A stretch of 64,000 nt of DNA from assembly GCA_964490105.1 (NCBI GenBank), contig CAZAZU010000001.1, forward strand, positions 22,706 through 86,705, given 5' to 3'. Origin of the DNA: an uncultured Gammaproteobacteria bacterium (GTDB taxonomy: Bacteria > Patescibacteriota > Microgenomatia > Levybacterales > UBA12049). The notes under the pieces were generated by a model that had not been told where the DNA came from, did no database searches, and was given only the letters and a program-made list of their open reading frames with translations. A program made the translations under genes and the position numbers. Below are positions 28,098 through 37,391 of the stretch, in pieces (positions within the stretch are counted from its first letter, which is position 1; every line of letters starts with the position of its first letter).

Positions 28098-29002
28098 TGT
28101 TAATTTTTAGCGGGACTTCGAATCCCGCACTTGCTAAAAAAATTGCTGAAAAATTAGATACCAAGCTTTCTTCATTGGAGATTTTTAAATTTCCAGATAA
28201 GGAAGTTAGGGTTAGGGTTTTGGAAAACGTTTTAGATAAGCATGCGATTGTTGTGCAATCTACAGGAGTGCACCCAAACCACTACTACATGCAGTTGTTT
28301 TTCATCTTAGACGCTTTAAAGAGAAGCGGAGGATCAGAGGTAACATTAGTAATTCCATATTTAGGATATCAAAGACAAGACCATATTTTTAGAAGCGGAG
28401 AAGCGGTTTCGCTTGAGGTAATCGTAAATCTCATAAAAGCAATGAAAGTCGATCGCGTTATTTCATTTGATCTTCACGCGCCAAGAATTGCGGATTTTTT
28501 TATTAATAAAAAAATTAAGATGGATCATCTTTCGGCTCTTCCTGTTTTTGCAAAAGAAATAGAGAAAATGGATTTGAAAAATGTAGTTTTGGTAAGTCCT
28601 GATATGGGAGGAATAAGAAGAATTAAAATTTTAGCTGGCCTTTTGAATCAGGATGTGCCATGTATTTCAGTTGAAAAAAATAGAGATTTAAATACTGGTG
28701 AAATTGAATCAAATAAAATAAATGGAGAAGTTAAGGAAATTGCAGTTATAGTGGATGACATGATTTCTACAGGAAACACTCTTATAGCAGCAGCAAATTT
28801 ACTTAAAAAAAACGGAGCAGAGGAGGTTTATGTTTTTGCAACACATGGAATTTTTGCGGGGGAAGCGCCAATAAATCTTCAGAAATCTATTATAAAAAGA
28901 GTAACAGTAGCAGACACCATAGAGGTTAGGGCTAAGCGAAAATTTGAAAAACTCCATGTAGTTTCTGTTTCTCCTTTAATAGCCGAAGCACTTAAGAAAT
29001 GA
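28097..29002 (+). CDS. prs: ribose-phosphate pyrophosphokinase
   Basis: FPDKE, PYLGYQRQD, DLH, VSPDMGG, VDDMISTGNT, ATHG. Confidence 0.95.
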   Translation: MLIFSGTSNPALAKKIAEKLDTKLSSLEIFKFPDKEVRVRVLENVLDKHAIVVQSTGVHPNHYYMQLFFILDALKRSGGSEVTLVIPYLGYQRQDHIFRSGEAVSLEVIVNLIKAMKVDRVISFDLHAPRIADFFINKKIKMDHLSALPVFAKEIEKMDLKNVVLVSPDMGGIRRIKILAGLLNQDVPCISVEKNRDLNTGEIESNKINGEVKEIAVIVDDMISTGNTLIAAANLLKKNGAEEVYVFATHGIFAGEAPINLQKSIIKRVTVADTIEVRAKRKFEKLHVVSVSPLIAEALKK

Positions 29003-29601
29003 AAGTACCCAAATCTATCCAAAATTTAATCGAGTCGTTCGAGAAGCTACCTGGTGTTGGTCCAAAAACCGCACAGCGTCTGACTTTTTATCTTCTTCAT
29101 GTACCGCAATATGAGCTTGATAAGTTCGCCGAAAGTCTAACTTCACTAAAAACAGGTACTACAATTTGCTCTAATTGCTTTACTGTAGGAGAAAGTGATC
29201 CATGCGAAATTTGCGAAGATAAGTCACGTGATCAGGGATTAATATGTGTAGTTGAAGAGCCGCTTGATGTTTTAGCACTTGAGCGTGGAGGAAAATATAA
29301 AGGTGTTTATCATGTATTGCACGGAAGAATTGACCCATTAAATAATATCGGGCCGGATGAGATTTATATTGATAAGTTATTAGAAAGAATCAAAAAATCA
29401 CAAATTACTGAAATAATTTTAGCGACAAATCCCACCATGGAAGGTGAGGCTACTGCTATGTATATCACTAAACAAATTAAAATAGAAAACCCTGATATTA
29501 GGTTAACTAGAATTGGACGCGGTTTGCCAATAGGCGCGGATTTAGAGTATGCTGATGAAATAACCCTCCAGCGGGCGCTTGAGGGAAGAAGTGAGCTATG
29601 A
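28999..29601 (+). CDS. recR: recombination mediator RecR
   Basis: LPGVGPKTAQR, C4 zinc finger, YHVLHG, ATNPTMEGEAT. Confidence 0.97.
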   Translation: MKVPKSIQNLIESFEKLPGVGPKTAQRLTFYLLHVPQYELDKFAESLTSLKTGTTICSNCFTVGESDPCEICEDKSRDQGLICVVEEPLDVLALERGGKYKGVYHVLHGRIDPLNNIGPDEIYIDKLLERIKKSQITEIILATNPTMEGEATAMYITKQIKIENPDIRLTRIGRGLPIGADLEYADEITLQRALEGRSEL

Positions 29602-30335
29602 ATCAACTCGGAAGCTTTGAAGATGTAATTGAAAAGGGACAAAGTGGTGTTAAGCAGGCTGTAAAATCAGCGCAAGCTGGGGTAGGGAGTTTTGCAAATA
29701 CAGCTGCAGGGCAAACTTCAAATTCAGCGCCAACTGACAATGGGGTTAACGAAACAAACGGCGCAAATCCAGCTCAGCAGCAAATGTCAGATGATGATGC
29801 TCAGAAATTTTTACAGGATTTGTATGGTGTAAAAAAACCGGCCCAGGATCCAAATCAGCAAAACCAACCCGTTCAAGCAAATCCTGCGCCAGCAAAAAAG
29901 CCAACTCAAAATCAGCAAACTGTAAAAGCTGCACTGGGTTTGGAACGCGCTAAAAAGCCTCAGGAAAAAGCACCCACACCTAAAGAAACAATTAAAGCAG
30001 CACTAGGACTTCCTGGAGAAAAACCTCACGATGGTGCTCCAACTACGAAAGAAACTATTAAGAATGCGATGGGAATTCCTGAAATTGCTACAGATCCCAG
30101 AACTCCGGAAGAATTAGCAAAAATAGAAGCATTAAGAGGGCAACTTCATGGAGAGTATTATCAAAAACTTACAAAACCGCAGCAGCAAGAAGAGGAAAGT
30201 GTTGTCGATAAACTGGAAAGAGAAGATCAGGAGAAAAAAATGGAAGACTTAGAAACTCAAAAAGAAAAACCGCCGCCATTACCATCGACAGTAAAACAGG
30301 GAACTGGAGAAAATGTCGTTGGAGTCTCAGGCTAA
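29598..30335 (+). CDS. hypothetical low-complexity protein with three internal repeats
   Basis: TVKAALGL / TIKAALGL / TIKNAMGI repeats; ATGA overlap with recR. Confidence 0.75.
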   Translation: MNQLGSFEDVIEKGQSGVKQAVKSAQAGVGSFANTAAGQTSNSAPTDNGVNETNGANPAQQQMSDDDAQKFLQDLYGVKKPAQDPNQQNQPVQANPAPAKKPTQNQQTVKAALGLERAKKPQEKAPTPKETIKAALGLPGEKPHDGAPTTKETIKNAMGIPEIATDPRTPEELAKIEALRGQLHGEYYQKLTKPQQQEEESVVDKLEREDQEKKMEDLETQKEKPPPLPSTVKQGTGENVVGVSG

Positions 30336-30354
30336 TTTAGGGTAAAATAAGTGG

Positions 30355-31662
30355 ATGAGAATTTATAATTCACTAACTCGCGCTGTTGAAGATTTTAAGC
30401 CCCAATCTGACACTGTAACAATTTATACTTGCGGACCCACTACTTATGACTTCATGCACGTAGGAAATCTTAGAACTTTTCTTATGGCTGATCTTTTTGA
30501 AAGAGCGCTCCGGTTTGATAATTTTAAATTGAAAACAGTTCAAAATATAACTGATATTGACGATAAAATTATCAAGCGTGCGGAGGAAAGAGGAATTGGA
30601 ATTGCAGATCTTTCTCATGAATTTGAGGAACACTTTTTTTCTGATATTAAGAGTTTGAATATCTTACCTAAAGATGTTGTTACAAAAGCGACCAGCTATG
30701 TACAAAAAATGGAGGATTATATCGCAACGCTTATCGAAAAGGGATTTGCGTATGTGGAGTCAGACGGATCTGTTTATTTCGATATTTCTAAATTTCCGCA
30801 GTATGGAAAGCTTTCAAGAATTGAAGCGAAAAATTTAAAAACAGGGACGAGAGTTTTATCTGACGAATATTCAAAGGATGATATTCAGGATTTTGCACTT
30901 TGGAAAGCTGAGCCAAAAGATAATGTGGGTTATGCATCACAGTGGGGATGGGGAAGACCCGGCTGGCATATAGAGTGTTCTGTAATGAGTCAGGAAAACC
31001 TGGGTGAAATTCTGGATGTTCATATGGGAGGAATCGATTTACTTTTTCCGCATCATGAAAACGAAATTGCCCAATCAGAAGCCAAAACTGGAAAGAAGTT
31101 TGTAAATTACTGGATTCACGGCGCATTTATTTTGGTGGACGGGAAAAAGATGAGTAAGTCGCTTGGGAATTTTTATAAATTAAAGGATGTTACAGATAAA
31201 AGAATTGACCCGCTAGCTTTAAGATATTTATATCTCCAGACTCATTACAGACAGGAAATGAATTTTACCTGGGAAGCACTTGAAGCTGCGCAAACAGCTT
31301 TAAATAAACTGCGAAGAAATTATGCAGATGCAAATTCTGGGGATGTTAAATTGCCGGAAGGTTTTTCAATAGCTATAAATGATGATTTAAATTTGCCGCG
31401 TGCACTTGGTGTCGTTTGGGAAAATATTTCATCGCTCTCTAAGGAAACTCTAGATAAGATCGACTTAGTTTTAGGTTTGAATTTATCTCAAAAAGAAGAA
31501 GAGGTTGATGTGCCTTCGGAAATTAAAGAAATGGCAAATAAAAGGGAAGAGCTTAGGAAATCTGGAAATTATGACGAAGCAGATCGCGTGAGGTCAGAAA
31601 TTGAAAATAAAGGATTTATAGTTGAAGATTCAAAAGGCGAAATAAAAATCAGGAAAGCTTAA
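30355..31662 (+). CDS. cysS: cysteinyl-tRNA synthetase
   Basis: CGPT, HVGN, DFALWK, GRPGWHIEC, FPHHENE, KMSKS. Confidence 0.97.
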   Translation: MRIYNSLTRAVEDFKPQSDTVTIYTCGPTTYDFMHVGNLRTFLMADLFERALRFDNFKLKTVQNITDIDDKIIKRAEERGIGIADLSHEFEEHFFSDIKSLNILPKDVVTKATSYVQKMEDYIATLIEKGFAYVESDGSVYFDISKFPQYGKLSRIEAKNLKTGTRVLSDEYSKDDIQDFALWKAEPKDNVGYASQWGWGRPGWHIECSVMSQENLGEILDVHMGGIDLLFPHHENEIAQSEAKTGKKFVNYWIHGAFILVDGKKMSKSLGNFYKLKDVTDKRIDPLALRYLYLQTHYRQEMNFTWEALEAAQTALNKLRRNYADANSGDVKLPEGFSIAINDDLNLPRALGVVWENISSLSKETLDKIDLVLGLNLSQKEEEVDVPSEIKEMANKREELRKSGNYDEADRVRSEIENKGFIVEDSKGEIKIRKA

Positions 31663-31988
31663 CCTTTTACTTCAGAAGGTGTTATATTTGTCGCTGTCGT
31701 TACGTTTTTAGTTGTTTCCACGGGTTTTGAAGTTAACGTAGGAGTTTCACTTACACCTGGTGTAGGGTACAGTGGGGGAACCGGTCTACCTCTTTTTACA
31801 TTACCTTCTTCCTCGTACCATGTAGCATTTCCCAAAAGTTTATCAGCAATTATATGTTCGTCTGTTGCCGGAACTGAAGGGACATTCACATTAGCTTCAA
31901 GGACTCTTTTATCTGCTTGTAAAGCTTGATCAGGAGTCATTATGTGTCTGTTTCTCCCAATGAAATCTTTAAGTGCTCTAATCGTCAT
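31659..31988 (-). CDS. hypothetical orphan protein
   Basis: 109-aa ORF sharing a TTAA stop overlap with cysS; tgcTATATT-11-ATG. Confidence 0.6.
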   Translation of the reverse strand: MTIRALKDFIGRNRHIMTPDQALQADKRVLEANVNVPSVPATDEHIIADKLLGNATWYEEEGNVKRGRPVPPLYPTPGVSETPTLTSKPVETTKNVTTATNITPSEVKG

Positions 31989-32090
31989 ACCTTAAATTTA
32001 ATATAGCAAATCTAATCTCACTTGACAAAATTCTGACACAAAAAACTGTCAAGTATTTGATCAAGACATGGTTTATGCTAGTCTTTAGTA

Positions 32091-33029
32091 ATGCTCTTAG
32101 TTGATTTAATTATTTATATAGCTTCTTTCTTTTTTATTTGGTTAGGATCAGGATTTATTGTTTCTTCAACCAGTAAATTCTCAGAAAAATTAAAACTATC
32201 GTCGTTTGCAGTTTCCTTTTTACTTTTAGGAGTTTTAACATCTACACCTGAGTTTTCAGTTGGACTCCAGTCTGTAGCAGATCATAATCCCGGGATTTTT
32301 GTAGGAAATTTGCTTGGAGGTATTGTGGTTATTTTTCTTCTAATTATTCCGCTTTTGGCGATTTTTGGAAATGGAATAAATCTAAGGCATGAAATGGACA
32401 ATAAAACACTTTTGGCCACAATGGGAGTAATTCTTGCTCCTTCGGTTACGGTACTGGATAAAAAAGTGACCAATTTAGAGGGATTAGTATTAATTATTTT
32501 ATATCTAATTTTAGTGTTTGCTGTTCAAAGAAAAAATGGTCTTTTTAATCGCGATAATAATAGACTTTTAGAGAAGAAGTCTTATTCGTTTAAAGATATT
32601 CTTAAAATTTTAATTGGAGTTGCAATCGTATTTATCTCAAGCAGTTTAATTGTAGATAAGACTACACTTTTTGCCGAAGTATTAAATGTTCCCGTTTTTT
32701 ATATCGGTTTAATTGTTATTGCGCTTGGAACTGATTTACCCGAGATGACATTGGCTGTCAGATCTGTTATAAGCGGGAAGAAAGATATTGCGATGGGAGA
32801 TTATGTTGGAGCCGGAGCAGCTTCGACACTTTTATTTGGTATTTTTACTATTTTAAATAAAGGGGAAGTTATTACAGTAAGTAGTTTTATTTTTACATTT
32901 GGATTTATAGCATCAGCATTAGGGTTGTTCTATTATTTCTCAAGAGCTAAAAATTTTATATCTAGAAAAAATGGGATATTTATGGTTGGTATTTATGTGG
33001 CATTTATAATCTTTGAAGTTACACGCTAG
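32091..33029 (+). CDS. sodium:calcium antiporter family protein
   Basis: two alpha repeats, LTSTPE and GTDLPE; GNLLG. Confidence 0.88.
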   Translation: MLLVDLIIYIASFFFIWLGSGFIVSSTSKFSEKLKLSSFAVSFLLLGVLTSTPEFSVGLQSVADHNPGIFVGNLLGGIVVIFLLIIPLLAIFGNGINLRHEMDNKTLLATMGVILAPSVTVLDKKVTNLEGLVLIILYLILVFAVQRKNGLFNRDNNRLLEKKSYSFKDILKILIGVAIVFISSSLIVDKTTLFAEVLNVPVFYIGLIVIALGTDLPEMTLAVRSVISGKKDIAMGDYVGAGAASTLLFGIFTILNKGEVITVSSFIFTFGFIASALGLFYYFSRAKNFISRKNGIFMVGIYVAFIIFEVTR

Positions 33030-33060
33030 CTTGATCCAGCCTTATCTTTCCGTTCGCCTT

Positions 33061-33102
33061 ACCTACTATTCGTAGCGCGGCTCTCGGAGCGATTATTGGC
33101 GG
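33061..33102. repeat. intergenic repeat, copy 2 (partner at 25721-25763)
   Basis: core attcgtagcgcggctc at 33068-33083. Confidence 0.7.
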
Positions 33103-33168
33103 ATCTTCGTCGGTTTGAAATAACAGATCTCCTTGACAACTTTTTCTAAACTGGGTAGTCTAGAGTAG

Positions 33169-33873
33169 ATGGAGAAAATTTTTAAAAACCTCTTACTTAC
33201 ATTAGCAATCATTCTTCTTGCTGGTGTATTTTATACCACTAACTCTTTTGCGAATGAAGATGGGCAGTCTGATGTCACTCCTGAGATAACTCAGTCTGCG
33301 GATACCACTCCTACAATAAAAAGATTTAGGCCCGAAAATGCTAAGGAGAGGATTCAAAATGCAAAGGAAAAAAACCAGGAACTTAAAGAAAAAAGAGATG
33401 CCAGGATCACTGAAATGAAACTAAAGAGGGAAGAGAAATTATCAGAAGCTAGATTAAAGATTTGTGAAGCTCGAGAAAAGAATATTGAAAATCGTGTTGA
33501 GATGATGAAAAAAAGAGCGGAAGTAATTCACAAAGGACACGAAAAAATATACCAAAGGGTTGATCAATTTTATAACAATAAGTTAGTTCCAAATGGATAC
33601 ATACTCTCGAATTATGCAGAACTGAAAGCAGAAGTTGCGGCAAATAAAGAAAACGTAAAGACTGCTCTTGAAACTGCAAAAGCAAGTCGTGAAGAATTTG
33701 ATTGCAATTCAACTGATCCAAAAGCTCAGGTGGATGTATTTAAGGAAGATATGAAGGAATTGATAGAAGCGAATAAAGCATATAAAGAATCAATCCATAC
33801 TTTTGTAAAAGCAGTCCGCGATTTAGCAAAAACAGTAACGCCGGTACCAACAGCGGGGGAGGTAGCTCCATAA
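33169..33873 (+). CDS. secreted helical/coiled-coil protein
   Basis: signal peptide ending SFA, charged helical body, two Cys; promoter TTGACA-17-TAGTCT-7-ATG. Confidence 0.75.
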   Translation: MEKIFKNLLLTLAIILLAGVFYTTNSFANEDGQSDVTPEITQSADTTPTIKRFRPENAKERIQNAKEKNQELKEKRDARITEMKLKREEKLSEARLKICEAREKNIENRVEMMKKRAEVIHKGHEKIYQRVDQFYNNKLVPNGYILSNYAELKAEVAANKENVKTALETAKASREEFDCNSTDPKAQVDVFKEDMKELIEANKAYKESIHTFVKAVRDLAKTVTPVPTAGEVAP

Positions 33874-34241
33874 TGAATCCTACAGATAATTCAACTCAAC
33901 TTAATTCTGTGCCAATTACGCCTTCTAGTCCGGCCCCGGAAAAAGTAGGTAATCCAGTGCCAAAAACCGAAAAGAAATTTCTTTTATACGGAGCTTTGAT
34001 TGGTGTAGTTGTCGTAGCTCTTGTTGGGATCGTTGGATTTTATTTAATGTATGCACCAAAGCAAGCAAATAATGAAGTGGCTTCGGTACCTGTGGTTAAA
34101 GATCAGGAATCGGATCCTGAAAATGAAACAACTCCGTTAGAAGAAGCATCAGAACTAGATAATCTTATTGTCGGTCTTGCTCAGGCAGATGGAGAACTTG
34201 ATGATGAATTAGCAGCGTTAAATAAGGATTCAGACTTCTAG
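33873..34241 (+). CDS. single-pass membrane protein
   Basis: Pro-rich N-terminus, one transmembrane helix, acidic tail. Confidence 0.75.
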   Translation: MNPTDNSTQLNSVPITPSSPAPEKVGNPVPKTEKKFLLYGALIGVVVVALVGIVGFYLMYAPKQANNEVASVPVVKDQESDPENETTPLEEASELDNLIVGLAQADGELDDELAALNKDSDF

Positions 34242-34337
34242 TACCTCTTACTACAAAATTCATACATTTCTTTAGCACTTATCATAACTTTTAAGTTTAG
34301 TATTTAGCATATATGAATTGGGAGGAGGTGAAAATTT

Positions 34338-34481
34338 ATGCCACAATCAACACGTGGAAGAGGATGGTTTGGGGATTCTGAAGCTCATTCAAAAGCTGGC
34401 AGAAAAGGCGGACTTGCTAGAAGTAGAAAAGTCAGCTTAAGCAATGAAAACATCCAAAATAATAAGGCCAATCGTAATTAA
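34338..34481 (+). CDS. small KGG-motif stress protein (absent from ORF track)
   Basis: 47 aa MPQSTRGRGWFGDSEAHSKAGRKGG...; SD ggaggaggtg; followed by a terminator. Confidence 0.8.
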   Translation: MPQSTRGRGWFGDSEAHSKAGRKGGLARSRKVSLSNENIQNNKANRN

Positions 34482-34499
34482 TGCCTTCGTTTGCAAATT

Positions 34500-34533
34500 A
34501 TAACAGCCCTGCAATAAGGGCTGTTATTTTTTT
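34500..34533 (+). terminator. intrinsic terminator
   Basis: ataacagccct-gcaata-agggctgttat followed by a T run. Confidence 0.85.
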
Positions 34534-34541
34534 GGTAAACC

Positions 34542-34595
34542 CTTGCAATTTTCTTACCAGATTAAAAATTATATTTAACAATAGAACACTATTAT
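34542..34595 (+). promoter_or_regulatory. direct-repeat box plus -10 element
   Basis: CTTGC-N6-CTTAC, then tttaaca-9nt-TATTAT; same layout as 63644-63698. Confidence 0.55.
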
Positions 34596-34601
34596 GTGTA
34601 T

Positions 34602-34769
34602 ATGAAAACATTAACATACACTCAAACACCAGTTATTAATTTTGTAATGCCAAGAGTTTCTGTTAAAAATCATTTAAAAAATATTAATTCTGATTTAGGA
34701 AAATATGTTCCCAAAAAAGTGTCACACACATTTAAAAGCTTCATGATTATATTTACGTATCAGGTTTAA
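34602..34769 (+). CDS. small hypothetical protein, 55 aa (absent from ORF track)
   Basis: MKTLTYTQTPVINFVMPR...FTYQV; ATG 6 nt after TATTAT; ends 5 nt before the next gene. Confidence 0.5.
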   Translation: MKTLTYTQTPVINFVMPRVSVKNHLKNINSDLGKYVPKKVSHTFKSFMIIFTYQV

Positions 34770-34774
34770 AAAGT

Positions 34775-35320
34775 ATGGGAAACATTATAGGAGTCTTTCC
34801 AGATAAGGAGGCAGCAGATGTTGCCTTTTTTAATTTAACGAAAGCCGGTTATAGAAGCCAGGATGTTTCTGTAATCCTAAAAGAAGAGCTGATTTTAAAT
34901 AAAGAACAGGGACAGAAGGGCGGAATTGCATCAACATATTTTTCGGTAACCAATACCGTTAATGGGGCGGTAAAGGGGATTAGCAGAATTGCATCAGGGT
35001 TAAGTGCGATTTTCATTCCAGGACTCGGTGCTGTAATAATTGCCGGTCCCTTAGCATCTGTGTTGGGAGTTACACGAGCAACAGCAGTCACGATCTCAGG
35101 AGTTATAACTGGTGTCCTGTCAGGTGGTTTAGCAGCCGGGCTAATTGAGTTAGGATTCAAAAAAGGCAATGCAAATTTTTACGAAAAGCTTGTTAATAAG
35201 GGCGGGGTCGTAGTTTGTGTTCCAGTTATTAAGGATTATAGCCCTGATCAAATAAGACAAATTTTTATGGAAAACGGGGGAAGCTATATTAAGGAATTAG
35301 GTACTAAAAGATATAAATAG
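34775..35320 (+). CDS. general stress protein-like (YflT/17M-like) membrane protein
   Basis: IIGVF..A..A...L..AGY...DVSV, IPGLGAVIIAGPL, GGLAAGLIELG, YEKLVNKGGVVV. Confidence 0.7.
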   Translation: MGNIIGVFPDKEAADVAFFNLTKAGYRSQDVSVILKEELILNKEQGQKGGIASTYFSVTNTVNGAVKGISRIASGLSAIFIPGLGAVIIAGPLASVLGVTRATAVTISGVITGVLSGGLAAGLIELGFKKGNANFYEKLVNKGGVVVCVPVIKDYSPDQIRQIFMENGGSYIKELGTKRYK

Positions 35321-35349
35321 AAATCTTCAGGCTAAGCTCCGTGTAAATT

Positions 35350-35365
35350 CTTACCGATCTCTTAC
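35350..35365 (+). promoter_or_regulatory. candidate response-regulator box
   Basis: CTTAC-cgatct-CTTAC (11-bp period) upstream of the OmpR-family gene. Confidence 0.55.
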
Positions 35366-35416
35366 TTGTTTTTAATTAAAAGTAATGTAAGAATTGTGAG
35401 AAAATAGATAAGTAAT

Positions 35417-36079
35417 ATGGTTCAAAATATTTTATTAGTTGAAGACGATAAAAATATCAGAGAATTTGTTCAGCAGGCACTTCTTGAAGCGGGATTTAAG
35501 GTAGTTTCGACACCTGATGGGGCCCAAGCATTAAAATTAATTAAAGACGGAAATGTTGATTTGGTAGTTTTGGATTTAGGAATTGAAAGTATAAGCGGGG
35601 AAACTGTTTGTATAGAAGCAAAGAAGATGTATCCCGATCTACCAATCATTATTCTAACCGCAAAAAATAAAGCAGAAGATGTAGTGACCGGATTAGGATT
35701 AGGAGCAGATGATTATATTTCAAAACCATTTGATCTTGAAGAACTATTAGCGAGAATAAGGACTCGTTTGAAAAAAAATACTTCACACCTGTTAGAAATA
35801 GATGATCTAAGATTAAATACTCAATCATTGGAAGTATTTAGAAATGATAAGAAGATTGATTTAACCGCAAAGGAAATTAGACTATTAGAATACTTAATGA
35901 CTAACAAGGGAGTTGTGTTAAGCCGTGAAAGAATCCTAAATCATATTTGGGCTTATTCACCAGATGTAGAAACTAGAGTAGTAGATGTTTACATCGGTTA
36001 TTTACGAAATAAAATCGATAAGGGGCATAGCAGGCCTCTTATTGAATCGGTTCGTGGATTCGGTTATGTAATAAAATAA
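35417..36079 (+). CDS. OmpR/PhoB-family response regulator
   Basis: LVEDD, VLDL, ILTAK, GADDYISKPF, VVDVYIGYLRNKID, SVRGFGY. Confidence 0.95.
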   Translation: MVQNILLVEDDKNIREFVQQALLEAGFKVVSTPDGAQALKLIKDGNVDLVVLDLGIESISGETVCIEAKKMYPDLPIIILTAKNKAEDVVTGLGLGADDYISKPFDLEELLARIRTRLKKNTSHLLEIDDLRLNTQSLEVFRNDKKIDLTAKEIRLLEYLMTNKGVVLSRERILNHIWAYSPDVETRVVDVYIGYLRNKIDKGHSRPLIESVRGFGYVIK

Positions 36080-37315
36080 CTACTCTGTATCTGGGATTTG
36101 GTAGCTTCTGGGGTCTGGTGTTTTTCTCTCAACAGTTATTTGTTCCGAAAGACTAATTCTTCGTGCAACTTCACGATTCGTAGAATCATCTTTAGAAACA
36201 ACAACTCTCACGTGTTCAGTAGATAAAGGTGGTTCGCTTGTTTTATCATAGCCTCCGCCAGAGGCTAATATTAGACCTAATTGACTTGTTATACCCGCTA
36301 ATCCAGCTTCTTTTCCTCTAACTACGAGCGTTGGTGTTCTGGGATCAGTTGGTAGAATATCAATTCCGTATCTATCGAGTTCTTGTGTTAAAATTCCTTT
36401 AGCATGAGCAATTTTTGGACGCACGTCTAAAAGATGCGGTAAGACAATTCCATTTTGCCATAGCGCATTTATTAGAAGTCCGCTTTGACCTCTAATGTAT
36501 CTGTCTCCCATAGCTCGTTCAAAATTCGGTCCTATGGAATTATGCATAATTGCTATTCCAAAACCCAACCCCGGAAGCCCCAGCGTCTTTGAGGCATCTC
36601 TATAAACCCTAAGTCTTCCGTTAGTCATAGTTTCTTTAGCTAAAGACTCTTCGTCATCTGCTACATCTAGTCCTACTTCATCAGCCTCAACGATAGTTCC
36701 TTTAGAAGTAAAATGGTTAACAAATTTTAATGAAGCATTTCGACTTGCTATATCGCCTTTAAAATCAGCGCGGGCAAAATAAATACTTGCAAGTTTTATA
36801 GGTCTTTTTTCATGTTGCTCAATTACATTTTCTAAAGCCTCATCTGCGGATAAATTAATGTTAGGGGAGTAAGGGAATGGTAACAAACCGCCAATTATTT
36901 GAAGTTGAGTCAGGTATCCAGGATAATGTGGTCCAACTTCAGCTGCTCTCGGTGGATTTTTAGGGTTTTTCGGAATTAGGATTAGTGAAGTTCTGAGGAG
37001 TCCGTCAACTCCTGTGCCAGAATTAAAAACCACATGTGATCTTTCATCTAATCCAAATCTTTCTCCTACCGCATCTCGCGCAGGGGCAAGATCTGGAGAC
37101 CAATACGTTTCCCGTGCTCTTCTTCCCTCGTCGCTTGAGAGTATTCCTATTTCTCGTTCTTCCCATCCTCTCGGAGAGCCAAACGGAGAGATGCCATCAA
37201 CTAGCTCAATTTTCGGTAAATTACCAGAAATAATTTCTCTTTCTCCATAAGAGCGAGCGACCTTTATAGTTCTGTTTCCTCGGGGTATTCCCCGTAAATC
37301 TTCTTGGTTTGCCAT
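36080..37315 (-). CDS. divergent fold-type-I PLP aminotransferase (HisC-like) with N-terminal extension
   Basis: EADEVG resembles VDEAY; YRDASKTLGLPGLGFG resembles RTFSKAYGLAGLRIG; HVRV near the C-terminus. Confidence 0.6.
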   Translation of the reverse strand: MANQEDLRGIPRGNRTIKVARSYGEREIISGNLPKIELVDGISPFGSPRGWEEREIGILSSDEGRRARETYWSPDLAPARDAVGERFGLDERSHVVFNSGTGVDGLLRTSLILIPKNPKNPPRAAEVGPHYPGYLTQLQIIGGLLPFPYSPNINLSADEALENVIEQHEKRPIKLASIYFARADFKGDIASRNASLKFVNHFTSKGTIVEADEVGLDVADDEESLAKETMTNGRLRVYRDASKTLGLPGLGFGIAIMHNSIGPNFERAMGDRYIRGQSGLLINALWQNGIVLPHLLDVRPKIAHAKGILTQELDRYGIDILPTDPRTPTLVVRGKEAGLAGITSQLGLILASGGGYDKTSEPPLSTEHVRVVVSKDDSTNREVARRISLSEQITVERKTPDPRSYQIPDTE

Positions 37316-37391
37316 AACAGGTGATTATTTTAGTTATGTAAGAACTTTATTACAAGTAATAAAACAAATATTTGATAGAATACGCATGTAA

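Noticed and set aside
32020-32054. acttgaca...tgtcaagt inverted repeat
   Set aside because: May simply be two opposed -35-like hexamers in a divergent promoter region; no matching -10 at the right spacing was confirmed.
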